Positions 8,777 through 17,649 of a stretch of 64,000 nucleotides of DNA are shown here, piece by piece. Numbering within the stretch: position 1 is the stretch's first letter; each line of letters opens with the position of its first letter. This DNA comes from an uncultured Armatimonadetes bacterium (GTDB taxonomy: Bacteria; Armatimonadota; Hebobacteria; Hebobacterales; Hebobacteraceae). The notes below the pieces were generated by a model, which made no database searches, was not told where the DNA came from, and was given only the letters and a program-made list of their open reading frames with translations. Both the position numbers and the translations under genes were made by a program. Where the stretch lies: assembly GCA_963716175.1 (NCBI GenBank), contig OY970296.1, forward strand, positions 1,376,001-1,440,000, given 5' to 3'.

Positions 8777-9991
8777 TCACGCCAGCCTCGGATACCAGTC
8801 CTCGTCGAAGGCGATGTAGGCGCTGCTGCTGGCGAGGCTGAGGCGGACGGCTTCATTGACCGCGACGCCGATGAGGGCCTGGCGCGGGAGGGGGCGCTGG
8901 CCGGCCTCCCATTCCGCGAGGCGATGAGAGCGGTGGGCGAGGGCGGCGTCCGATGACATGCCCTCGGTCTCCAGGTGCAGTTGCAGTATGTCGCGCAGCC
9001 ACCGCGAGATGCTCTCGAAGCCGTAGCCCACGTACTCGATGTCCGCCCCCTCCTCCCAGCTATCGTAATGCTTGAAGAAGTTGGGGTTGATCTGCTGGAA
9101 GCCCTCGTCATCGGTGAGAATATGCAGGTTGCGGAACTTGTGGTCGGCCCAGTACTCGCCCTTGGTGCCGCTGATCTGGAGGCCCTGGTTGGTCATGGCC
9201 GAGTTCTTCTCGGAGCAGACCCAGGAGGTCTGAACCCAGAGCACGGAGCCGTCCTCCCACTCGATCACGGCCTGCACCGCGTCATAGGCGTCGCTGCCCT
9301 TTGATGGCAGGTACTTCTTCTGGCCGAAGGCCGCCACGCGCTTGGGCCTGAGTCCGGTGATGAAGTAGTAGGCGTCAACGTAGTGCACGCCGATGTACTC
9401 GAACGGGCTCGACTTCTCCGCCCACAGGCCGAAGAACCTGAGCGGCATGTACTTGGGCTCTTCGATCCAGGCGTGCCCGTGCAGCATCTCTCCCAGGTCG
9501 CCGCGGCGCACCCGGTAGCGCGCCAGCCGCACCGCGCGGTCCAGCCGCTTGTGGTAATCGGTGGCGACATAGGCCCGGCGCTTCTCCGCGGCCGCGATCA
9601 CCTGCTGCGCCTCGTTCACCTTGAGGCAGAGGGGCTTCATCACGATCACGTCGTAGCCGGCGTCGATCGCCTCCAGGGTCATGGCGGTGTGGAGGTGATC
9701 GGGAGTGGCGACGATCACCACACCGTGGTCGCCGAGCTTGCTCATCGCCTCCCGGTAGAGCGCGGGCTGGTTGTCATCCGGCTTGTACTTAGCGGGATCG
9801 GGGTAGACCGCGAACTTCTCCTTGGGGAACAGATCCTGGCATTGCTTGGTGATGGCGGAGCTGAGCGCGGACACGGCGATCTCGTCAATGATGCCCCGCC
9901 GCCGCTCCTGCAGGAGCGTAGGCAAGACCACTTCCTGGCTGATCATGCCGCCGCCAATCAGCAGGGCATTCAAGCGCTTGTTCCAGCTCAT
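8777..9991 (-). CDS. Gfo/Idh/MocA family oxidoreductase
   Basis: LIGGGMIS Rossmann start, VATPDHLH, MKPL and YIGVHYVD. Confidence 0.88.
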   Translation of the reverse strand: MSWNKRLNALLIGGGMISQEVVLPTLLQERRRGIIDEIAVSALSSAITKQCQDLFPKEKFAVYPDPAKYKPDDNQPALYREAMSKLGDHGVVIVATPDHLHTAMTLEAIDAGYDVIVMKPLCLKVNEAQQVIAAAEKRRAYVATDYHKRLDRAVRLARYRVRRGDLGEMLHGHAWIEEPKYMPLRFFGLWAEKSSPFEYIGVHYVDAYYFITGLRPKRVAAFGQKKYLPSKGSDAYDAVQAVIEWEDGSVLWVQTSWVCSEKNSAMTNQGLQISGTKGEYWADHKFRNLHILTDDEGFQQINPNFFKHYDSWEEGADIEYVGYGFESISRWLRDILQLHLETEGMSSDAALAHRSHRLAEWEAGQRPLPRQALIGVAVNEAVRLSLASSSAYIAFDEDWYPRLA

Positions 9992-11352
9992 CGCACCGCC
10001 TCCTCAATCGCCTCCTCCAGCACCGCCAACCCCTCCCGCACCGCCTCCTCTGGCGTCACCAGCGGCGGCGCGATCTTCACCGTCGCGCCGCCCAAGCCCA
10101 CGGGATGGAACATGAGCAGGCCCTTCTCTACGCAGAGGTCCACCACGCGGCCGGCCAGTCCGCCATCGGGCTCGATCCCGCCCGGCTTGACCAGGTGTAG
10201 GCCGGCGACCATGCCCTTGCCCATCACCGCGCCGCACACCTCCGGGTGGCGCTGCTCGATCGCGGCCAATCCCTCCTGGAGCACCGCGCCGACGCGGGCG
10301 GCCTTGGCCGGCAAGTTCTCCTTGACGATCAGCTCCAGGTTGGCGAGAGCAGCCGCGGCGCAGATCGGGTTACCGGTGTGGGTGCTGGTCATGCTTCCTG
10401 GGGGATACTGGTCCATGAGGTCGGCGCGGCCGATCACCGCGGAGAGCGGCAGGCCGCTGGTGATTCCTTTGCCGCAGCAGGCAATATCGGGCACGACGCC
10501 ATAGTGCTCGAACCCCCAGAACGTCCCGGTGCGCCCGAACGCGGCCTGCACTTCGTCCAGTATGAGCACGATGTCGTGCTGCTTGCACCAGGCCGCCATC
10601 TCCTGAGCGTACTGCTTGGGCCAGAAGGCTGCGCTGCCTCCTTGATAGGTCTCGGATATGACCCCGGCGATGCGCTCGGGGCCGAAGCCCTTCTCTTTCA
10701 GGCTCTTGAGGAAGAAGTCGAAGCTGGTGTCCGGGCAGCGGAAGCCGTCGGGGAATGGCACCTGGACCATGTCGGGATCGAGGTTCACGATCCACTCCTT
10801 GAGGGCCGGGATGCCGCCGATCATCTGGGCGCCCAGAGTGCGGCCGTGGAAGGCGCCCTCGTAGCTGACGATGCCGATCTTGCGATCGCCGCCCACCGCG
10901 CGGCCGTGGGTGCGGGCCAGCTTGACGGCGCATTCGGTGGTCTCGGCGCCGGTGGTGAGCAGGAAGACCTTCTCCAGGGGCCGGGGCGCGAGTTCCGACA
11001 GCCGGTTCACCAGCCGGGCGCGGATCTCGCTGGGGAAGCAGTAATTGTGGAGCAGGGTCTTCTGCGCTTGCTGGCAGATGGCGGCAGCGATCTCCGGCCG
11101 GCCGTGGCCCGCGTTGGCCACCAGCACCCCCGAGCTCCAGTCAATCCAGGTGTTGCCCCAGGCATCATGCACCTGGAACCCATCGGCGCGATCCCAGACC
11201 ACCGGCGGCTGGCCCTGCATGGACTGGGGCTCGGCGCGGTAGAGCCGCTCCAGCAGGGGGATGGATTCGGGGACCGGGATAGCAGTCCGGATGGTGCGGA
11301 ACTTGGTGTTCACCGTGGGCACCCGCTTCGGGGTGAGGGTGGTTTGTGTCAC
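9988..11352 (-). CDS. Class III PLP-dependent aminotransferase (GabT/ArgD-like)
   Basis: TTGAETTECAVK, FHGRT, LILDEVQAAFGRTG, PDIACCGKGITSG (PLP Lys) and STHTGNP. Confidence 0.92.
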   Translation of the reverse strand: MTQTTLTPKRVPTVNTKFRTIRTAIPVPESIPLLERLYRAEPQSMQGQPPVVWDRADGFQVHDAWGNTWIDWSSGVLVANAGHGRPEIAAAICQQAQKTLLHNYCFPSEIRARLVNRLSELAPRPLEKVFLLTTGAETTECAVKLARTHGRAVGGDRKIGIVSYEGAFHGRTLGAQMIGGIPALKEWIVNLDPDMVQVPFPDGFRCPDTSFDFFLKSLKEKGFGPERIAGVISETYQGGSAAFWPKQYAQEMAAWCKQHDIVLILDEVQAAFGRTGTFWGFEHYGVVPDIACCGKGITSGLPLSAVIGRADLMDQYPPGSMTSTHTGNPICAAAALANLELIVKENLPAKAARVGAVLQEGLAAIEQRHPEVCGAVMGKGMVAGLHLVKPGGIEPDGGLAGRVVDLCVEKGLLMFHPVGLGGATVKIAPPLVTPEEAVREGLAVLEEAIEEAVR

Positions 11353-11544
11353 GGGAATGCCTCCTCGCAAAGGTAAGGCCGGCGGGCCCTTCGACTTCAC
11401 TCAGGATACACTTCGGCAGGCCCGCCCTACAGCACGTTCTGCGGCGGAGAGAGTGTTCCTGCCCGCGCGCGGCCGGGCAGGGAAGCTGCCGGTGGGAGGG
11501 AATCCTGTCGCGCGCGAGAGACCGACGCATCCGGGGAGCGCAGC

Positions 11545-13482
11545 ATGTTTCAAGACTTGCTGGAGTTGGTGGTATCCAAGATGGATGGCCAGCGCGCTCG
11601 CGATCACGCGCAGGCGATACAGTCTATTGATCGCAACTTCACCTTCTCTGCCTTCCAGGAGAGCGCGCGTTACAGCGCGGAGCGGTTGCGCGAGGCCGGC
11701 ATGAGCGAGGTGGAGATACTGGAAGCGCCGGCCGACGGGCGCAGCTTGTTTGGAGATTGGATGATGCCCCTGGCCTGGGAGGCAGAGGGCGCGGCCTTCG
11801 ATGTCATCGCCCCGGATGGGAATGTGCAGCGAATCGCCGACCGGGCGCAGGCACCGCAATGCCTGGCGATGTGGAGCGCCCCTACCCCACCCGAAGGAGT
11901 CGAAGCCGAGCTCGTCTACGTAGCCGATGCCGCCGACCGCGGCAGCTACCCGCCGGAGGGGATCCGCGGCAAGATCGTGTTCACCTCGGCCCATCCTCAC
12001 CGGGCGAAGCGCAGCATAGTGGAGCAGGGCGGGCTCGGGATTCTGTCCGACTTCCAGCCCGCTGCCGCGCGCCTGCCTGACGCGATCTCGTGGGTCAACT
12101 CGTGGAGCGATGATCCCGGGGGCTGGGCCTTTCACGCCGACGATACTCCGGCCTGGGCATTCGTGATCTCACCCCGGCAGGGGGAGCAGCTCAGAGCGCG
12201 GCTGCGCGCGGGGGAGCGGCTGCGAGGTCGCGCGGCGGTGCGGACCAGCCTCAGCCCTGGCACACTTCCGGCCGTCACCGGAGTGATCCCCGGAAGCGGC
12301 AAGGAGGAGGTGCTGCTGCTGGGGCACCAGTTCGAGCAGGGGGCGATTGATAACGCCTCCGGGATCGCCATCATGATCGAGGCGATGCGCAGCCTGCAGC
12401 ATCTTATCGCCCAGGGAAGGCTGCCACCCCTACGGCGGAGGATTCGCTGCCTCTTCGTCTCGGAATGCTACACCACGTTCTACTGGACGGAGACGAGCCG
12501 GGCGGCGCGCCGCACCATCGCCGCCCTCTGCCTGGACTCTCCCGCGGGCGCGCCCGCGCTGATGCAGAAGCCGCTGACTATCTACGGCAACCCGCACTCC
12601 AACATGAGCTATGTTGACGCCCTGCTCGCGCGGCTGCTGAAGGAAGCGATGCCCGCGCTGCCGGGCTACCCGTGGCGGGATTTCGGATTCTTCTCGGCCA
12701 CCGATAACCTGATCGCCGACCCCAGCATCGGTATCCCCTGCCCCTGGCTGGGCGCGCAGGGCCGGACCTGGCATACCTCGGCCGATACCATTGACCTGCT
12801 CGATCCCGATGAGCTGGCCGTGGCGGCGCAGATAGCGGCCGCCTATGCCTACCTCATCGCCACTGCGGGTCCGGCGGAGGTGGTTGACTTCGCGCAGCTG
12901 GCGGCGGCGCGGGGCAAGACCGCGGTGGCGGAGGCGGGGGTGGCGGAGCCGCGGGAGGCTGATCTCGATGACGGCATGCTGCAGCTCGCCTACCTTGGGC
13001 AGCGGCAGGCGGAGGCGGTGGGCTCGACGCTGGCGCTCGTCCCCGCGGCCGAGCGGGCGCAGGTCCGCGCTCAGGTGCGGGCCCTGCAGAGGGATGTCCG
13101 GCGCGCCGGCAAGCTGGAGGCCGAGGCCCTGGCGCGCAGAGGAGGTCGGCCGGGCCACACCCCGGCGGGCCCGCGGCTTGACAGAGCGCTGGCGGGCATC
13201 CGGCCGCGCCGGCTGGTGAGAGGCCCGGTCACACTCGATCGTGTCCCCAGGGAAGAGCGGGAGGGCAGGCCCGACCCGCGCTGGTCCATGGCGTTGTTCT
13301 CGCTGCTTGGGTGGTGCAACGGCCGGCGCTCGCTGGCGGAGGCGTGCGAGCTGGCGGCGCGGGAGCTGCGGGAGGGGCGTACGCTGACCCCGGATGAGCT
13401 GGTGAAGCAGATAGACCCGAATGCGGCCAGCATGATGGAGTACTTCGAGTTCCTGCGGAAGCACGGTTATGTGACCTGGTGA
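11545..13482 (+). CDS. M28-like peptidase / DUF4910-like protein with PA-like insert
   Basis: EVLLLGHQFEQGAIDNASG, FVSEC, LCLDSP and WHTSADT. Confidence 0.7.
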   Translation: MFQDLLELVVSKMDGQRARDHAQAIQSIDRNFTFSAFQESARYSAERLREAGMSEVEILEAPADGRSLFGDWMMPLAWEAEGAAFDVIAPDGNVQRIADRAQAPQCLAMWSAPTPPEGVEAELVYVADAADRGSYPPEGIRGKIVFTSAHPHRAKRSIVEQGGLGILSDFQPAAARLPDAISWVNSWSDDPGGWAFHADDTPAWAFVISPRQGEQLRARLRAGERLRGRAAVRTSLSPGTLPAVTGVIPGSGKEEVLLLGHQFEQGAIDNASGIAIMIEAMRSLQHLIAQGRLPPLRRRIRCLFVSECYTTFYWTETSRAARRTIAALCLDSPAGAPALMQKPLTIYGNPHSNMSYVDALLARLLKEAMPALPGYPWRDFGFFSATDNLIADPSIGIPCPWLGAQGRTWHTSADTIDLLDPDELAVAAQIAAAYAYLIATAGPAEVVDFAQLAAARGKTAVAEAGVAEPREADLDDGMLQLAYLGQRQAEAVGSTLALVPAAERAQVRAQVRALQRDVRRAGKLEAEALARRGGRPGHTPAGPRLDRALAGIRPRRLVRGPVTLDRVPREEREGRPDPRWSMALFSLLGWCNGRRSLAEACELAARELREGRTLTPDELVKQIDPNAASMMEYFEFLRKHGYVTW

Positions 13483-14207
13483 GAGGTGTGTTGATCTTCC
13501 ACACCGCCGACCTGCACAACCGGCTCAAGCCGGCGGCGGCGCGCCAACTGGCGGCGCTGAAGCGGGAGCACCCGAGCGCGCTGCTGCTCGACGCAGGGGA
13601 CGCGATTGGCGCTGGTAACTTGACTTACCGCGTGCGCGGCGAACCGATCCTGCGGCTGATGGCCGAGATCGGCTATGACGCCATGGCGATGGGAAACCGG
13701 GAGTCACATCCCAAGCGAAGCCTGCTGGCGCGAAAGCTGCGGGACGCGGCCTTTCCGGTGCTGGCCGCGAATCTGGTGGCGCAGGATGGCAAGGCGCTGC
13801 CGCCCGGCATCCGTGCGCATCTCATCTTCTCAGGGCGGCCGCGGCTGGCCGTGATCGGGCTGGCGCCTCAGATCACCAAACCCGGATCGGCCTGGGCGAG
13901 AGTGACGGATTTCGTGTTCGCCGACCCGGTGCGGGTGGCAGCCGACCTGGCGCCGAAGCTGAAGCAGGAGGCCGAGTTGGTAGTGTGCCTGTCGCACGCG
14001 GGGCTGCGGGTTGACCGGGAGCTGGCGGCGATACCCGAGGTGGATCTGGTGCTGGGAGGGCATAGTCATCGGAAAGTGGTCGAGCAGGAGGCGGGGAAAG
14101 CGATGGTGGTGCATCCAGGCCGGTTCGGAAGTCACGTCTCGCGCACCGAGATCACGAGTCGAACCCAGGTCAGGGCCGAGCTGATCCAGTTGGAGGTGGG
14201 GCAATGA
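13479..14207 (+). CDS. Calcineurin-like metallophosphoesterase (5'-nucleotidase N-terminal domain only)
   Basis: HTADLH, LDAGD, GNRE, LSHAG and GGHSH. Overlaps the upstream stop. Confidence 0.85.
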   Translation: MRGVLIFHTADLHNRLKPAAARQLAALKREHPSALLLDAGDAIGAGNLTYRVRGEPILRLMAEIGYDAMAMGNRESHPKRSLLARKLRDAAFPVLAANLVAQDGKALPPGIRAHLIFSGRPRLAVIGLAPQITKPGSAWARVTDFVFADPVRVAADLAPKLKQEAELVVCLSHAGLRVDRELAAIPEVDLVLGGHSHRKVVEQEAGKAMVVHPGRFGSHVSRTEITSRTQVRAELIQLEVGQ

Positions 14208-14347
14208 GAAGAGACGAGAAGCCGCGGCCGAAGCTGATCGAGCGGTGGTGGGTGCAGGCCCTGGTGGCCGCCTGGGTGCTGGTGATAGTGACCGTGTACT
14301 TCAGGCTGCAGTTGATGAGATTGTTGGAGGTGGCCCAGGGGAGGTAA
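14204..14347 (+). CDS. Small single-TM membrane protein (47 aa, not in ORF track)
   Basis: ATGA overlap with the upstream stop and a GGAGG RBS. Sequence MRRDEKPRPKLIERWWVQALVAAWVLVIVTVYFRLQLMRLLEVAQGR. Confidence 0.6.
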   Translation: MRRDEKPRPKLIERWWVQALVAAWVLVIVTVYFRLQLMRLLEVAQGR

Positions 14348-14369
14348 CCCTCCTGCACGGAGGGTTCCT

Positions 14370-14422
14370 GTAGGGCGGCCATGCGCCTCGGAGCGAGAGC
14401 GCAGGGGCGCATCGCCGCCGAG
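14370..14422 (+). repeat. GTAG-type REP-like element, family C
   Basis: GTAGGGCGGCCATGCGCC...GGCGCATCGCCGCC. Close copy at 62635 and relatives at 26684-26813 and ~29765-29815. Confidence 0.75.
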
Positions 14423-14463
14423 AAGACTGCCCAATACGCAAGTGGGCGTGATGAATCACGCCT

Positions 14464-15642
14464 CTACTTCTTGGCTTTCTTCTTGGTGAACTGGGTGTCG
14501 GTGATGCGGCGGTCAACCACGCCCTTCTTGGACCTCGATTTGCGCTTCAGCTCGTCCATCAGCTCCTCGTATTCGTTGGCGTTGATGGGGAGCTTCACCG
14601 TCTTCTTGCGGAAGCTGGACAGGATCATGGCATCGGCCAGCTCCAGGGAGTAGATGCCCTCCGCGCCTGGGGTGACGAGGGGCTCGCGATAGAGGATGGC
14701 GCGGCAGAAGTTGCGGGTGACCGCAATGTGCCCCTGCTCGCGCTGCTCGAGTGGCACCTCCACCCGCCTCGTCTTCGGCGAGGCCCACATTTCCGTGTTC
14801 TCCACCGTGAACTTGGAGAGCGGCGGCTCCACCCGCCAGAACTGAATCCCCTCCTCTTCCCAGTCCCTGCTCTCGATCAGGATCTTGCCTTTATCGCCGC
14901 AGATCTCGAGGCGGCTGACCTGCGGCGTGTCATTCACGCTGGCGTAGAGATAGCCGTGCGCGCCGTTGGGGTACTCCAGGAACGCGAAGGCCTCGTCCTC
15001 CACCTCGATGTCGTGCATGCGGATCCGGGTCTGGCCGGTCACGGTCTTGGGCCGGCCGGTGAGCCAGGTGAAGATGTCGAGCATGTGAGGGGCCTGGTTG
15101 AGGAGCACGCCGCCGCCCTCGCCCCTCCAGGTGGCGCGCCAGCCGCCGGAATCGTAGTAGGCCTGGCTGCGATAGTAGGCGATGAAGAGGCTGACCCGGC
15201 GAATCTCCCCCAACTCACCTTCGTCCAGCAGCTTCTTCGCGGCCTGGTATTCGGGCCGGTGCCGCAGTTGGAACATCACCGCGAACACGCACCCGGTGCG
15301 CGCGGCGGTGCGGATCATCTGGTTCACCGGCTTGATGGTGACGCCGATGGGCTTCTCCGAGAGCGCGTGAATGCCGCGCTTGAACGCATCTACCGCGATC
15401 GGTGGGTGGAAGTAGTGGGGCGTGGCGATCAGGATGGCGTCCACCAATCCCGATTTGAGCAGATCAGTGTGCGTTACGAAATGCGGGACCTTGTATTTCT
15501 CTCCGGCCTGACGCGCGACCTCCGGCACGATGTCGCAGACCGCAGTGAGACCACCCTCCTGGAGCTTGCCCGAGGTCAGGTAATCACAGTGTCCCTGCCC
15601 CATGCCACCTGTGCCCACCACGCCGATGCGGACCTTAGCCAT
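14464..15642 (-). CDS. Gfo/Idh/MocA family oxidoreductase
   Basis: VVGTGGMG, IATPHYFH, EKP and GGGVLLNQAPHMLD. Confidence 0.92.
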   Translation of the reverse strand: MAKVRIGVVGTGGMGQGHCDYLTSGKLQEGGLTAVCDIVPEVARQAGEKYKVPHFVTHTDLLKSGLVDAILIATPHYFHPPIAVDAFKRGIHALSEKPIGVTIKPVNQMIRTAARTGCVFAVMFQLRHRPEYQAAKKLLDEGELGEIRRVSLFIAYYRSQAYYDSGGWRATWRGEGGGVLLNQAPHMLDIFTWLTGRPKTVTGQTRIRMHDIEVEDEAFAFLEYPNGAHGYLYASVNDTPQVSRLEICGDKGKILIESRDWEEEGIQFWRVEPPLSKFTVENTEMWASPKTRRVEVPLEQREQGHIAVTRNFCRAILYREPLVTPGAEGIYSLELADAMILSSFRKKTVKLPINANEYEELMDELKRKSRSKKGVVDRRITDTQFTKKKAKK

Positions 15643-15676
15643 CACCACGCCTCCCTGTCAGATCTCGATCCATCGC

Positions 15677-15700
15677 GGGCAGGTCGCGGACCCGCCCTAC
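15677..15700 (-). repeat. Dispersed copy of the RAYT-associated REP
   Basis: GGGCAGGTCGCGGACCCGCCCTAC, with a degenerate partner at ~15732-15750. Confidence 0.8.
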
Positions 15701-15871
15701 TGGCGCACGCCGCCGCCACACGGCTGGCGGCCGGGGCCGACCTGCCCAACGAGTACGGGTGATTCTGCGGCCGGGGAGTTGTCCCCTCCCAGCCTGCCCA
15801 AATCCCGCCGGTGGCCGCGCGCCCAGGCGGGGAGCAGGACGGAATGGGGCAGTGACGAAGACCGGGAGGCG

Positions 15872-17215
15872 ATGACCACCGACGAACTGCTCGCGCTGTT
15901 GGTCCAGGCCTTCTCCGACTGCCAGTTGTTTCTGGTCGGGGGCAGCCTGCGGGATCAGCTCCTGGGCCGGGAGGCGAAGGACCTGGACATTGCCACGGAC
16001 GCGCGCCCAGGTGAGATCCGCCGGCGGGTGAGCCCCTGGGCGGACGCGGTGTGGTATGCGGGTGAGAAGTTCGGCACCGTCGGGATCGGCAAGGAGGGCC
16101 TGAGGGTCGAGATTACCACCTTCCGCGCTGATACCTATGACGGGGTTTCTCGCAAGCCTCGCGTTTCCTTCGGCCGGGACATCATGGCCGATCTGGCGCG
16201 GCGGGATTTCACGATCAACGCCACCGCCCGCAACTTGCATACCGGAGAGCTGCTCGACCCGTTCCACGGGGAGCGGGACCTGAGGCGCCAGCTCGTGCGC
16301 TTCGTCGGCGAGGCGCCGGCCCGGATTGCGGAGGACCCGCTGCGCATGCTGCGGGCGGTGCGGTTCTGCGCGCAGCTGGGTTTTGAGCTCGATCCCGGGG
16401 CGGCGGCGGCCATCGCCCAGGCCGCGGGCGAGCTAAGCCGCATCTCGTGGGAGCGCATCCGCGATGAGCTGGACGGGATCATGCTCTCAGCTCACCCGCG
16501 GGAGGGGCTGCGGCTGATGATCGAGCTGAGCCTGGCGCGACAGGCGCTGCCGGAACTGCTGGCCCTGCATCTACCTGAACCCGGCCGCCATCACATGAAG
16601 GATGTGCTGGACCACACCCTGGACGCGGTGCAATTCATCGCGGCCGAGAAGGCGCTGCGCTATGCCGCCTTACTGCACGATATCGCCAAACCGGAGACCT
16701 ATAGCCACGACGAGACCGGGGTCCACTTCTACCGGCATGAGAAGATCGGCAGCGAGGGAGCGCGCGCCATTCTGACCCGGCTGCGCCAGCCGGCCGCCTT
16801 CATCGAGCAGGTGGCGAAGCTGGTGAGCGAGCACCTGCGCATCCCCTACTACAGCTCGGAGTGGGGCCAGTCCGCGGTGCGGCGGCTGATGTTCGAGCTG
16901 GGGGATCAGTTGGAGGACGCCATCGCGCTGGCGGAGGCGGATGTGCGGGCGAGCGATCCCGCGGACTACCCGGAGTTCCAGATGCGGCTTCAGGAGTTGC
17001 GGGCGCGCACCCAGGAGGTGGGCGGGGCGGCCGAGCTGGCGCGCATGAAGCCGCTGCTGAATGGGCGGGAGGTGATGGCCCTGCTGGGGATCGAGCCCGG
17101 TCCCAGGGTGGGCGAGGTGCTGCAGTTCCTGCTGGATCAGCAAGTCGAGGGCAAGATCAGGACGCGGGCGGAGGCGGAGGAGGCGGTGAGGGGGAGGTTT
17201 GAGGGGAAGGGCTAG
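15872..17215 (+). CDS. cca: CCA tRNA nucleotidyltransferase with HD domain
   Basis: LVGGSLRD.LLG...KDLDIAT, EITTFR, DLARRDFTINA, EDPLRMLRAVRF and LLHDIAKP. Confidence 0.88.
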   Translation: MTTDELLALLVQAFSDCQLFLVGGSLRDQLLGREAKDLDIATDARPGEIRRRVSPWADAVWYAGEKFGTVGIGKEGLRVEITTFRADTYDGVSRKPRVSFGRDIMADLARRDFTINATARNLHTGELLDPFHGERDLRRQLVRFVGEAPARIAEDPLRMLRAVRFCAQLGFELDPGAAAAIAQAAGELSRISWERIRDELDGIMLSAHPREGLRLMIELSLARQALPELLALHLPEPGRHHMKDVLDHTLDAVQFIAAEKALRYAALLHDIAKPETYSHDETGVHFYRHEKIGSEGARAILTRLRQPAAFIEQVAKLVSEHLRIPYYSSEWGQSAVRRLMFELGDQLEDAIALAEADVRASDPADYPEFQMRLQELRARTQEVGGAAELARMKPLLNGREVMALLGIEPGPRVGEVLQFLLDQQVEGKIRTRAEAEEAVRGRFEGKG

Positions 17216-17327
17216 CCGCAGATGAACCCGCCACACGGCCGGCGGGCAAGCGCGGATGAGCGCAGATAGGGCGGGCATGGGCATGCCCGCCCTACACGCG
17301 GGGAGGAGGGCGCCGGGTTTGGTGCAG

Positions 17328-17368
17328 TCGAAGGGGGAGGCATATCCTCCCCCTTCGATTCTTCCCCC
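17328..17368. repeat. Dispersed palindrome between convergent genes
   Basis: TCGAAGGGGGAGG-CATAT-CCTCCCCCTTCGATTCTTCCCCC. Near-identical copy at 35985-36025. Confidence 0.75.
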
Positions 17369-17441
17369 TCCTCGTAACAGCCAACGGCCGGCAGGCATAG
17401 GGCCCTGCGAGAGGGTTCCTCCTGGGTCAGGAGGGATGCGG

Positions 17442-17618
17442 CTACTTCGCGGCCAGGGTTATCCCCAAGTAGTACGGCCAGATGATGAGCGCGAGGACGC
17501 CTTTCCAGAAGAACGGCAGATGAACGTACCCGATGGTGAACAGCCAGCCGATGGCCCAGATCGGACCTGACACGGAAGCGCTGCTTCCGTGGCCTCCACC
17601 GCCCTTGCTTTCCGCCAT
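17442..17618 (-). CDS. Small membrane protein (58 aa, not in ORF track)
   Basis: GAGGAG RBS. Sequence MAESKGGGGHGSSASVSGPIWAIGWLFTIGYVHLPFFWKGVLALIIWPYYLGITLAAK. Confidence 0.7.
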   Translation of the reverse strand: MAESKGGGGHGSSASVSGPIWAIGWLFTIGYVHLPFFWKGVLALIIWPYYLGITLAAK

Positions 17619-17649
17619 TTTGACGTCTCCTCTACGTCTTAGTGTCAGT

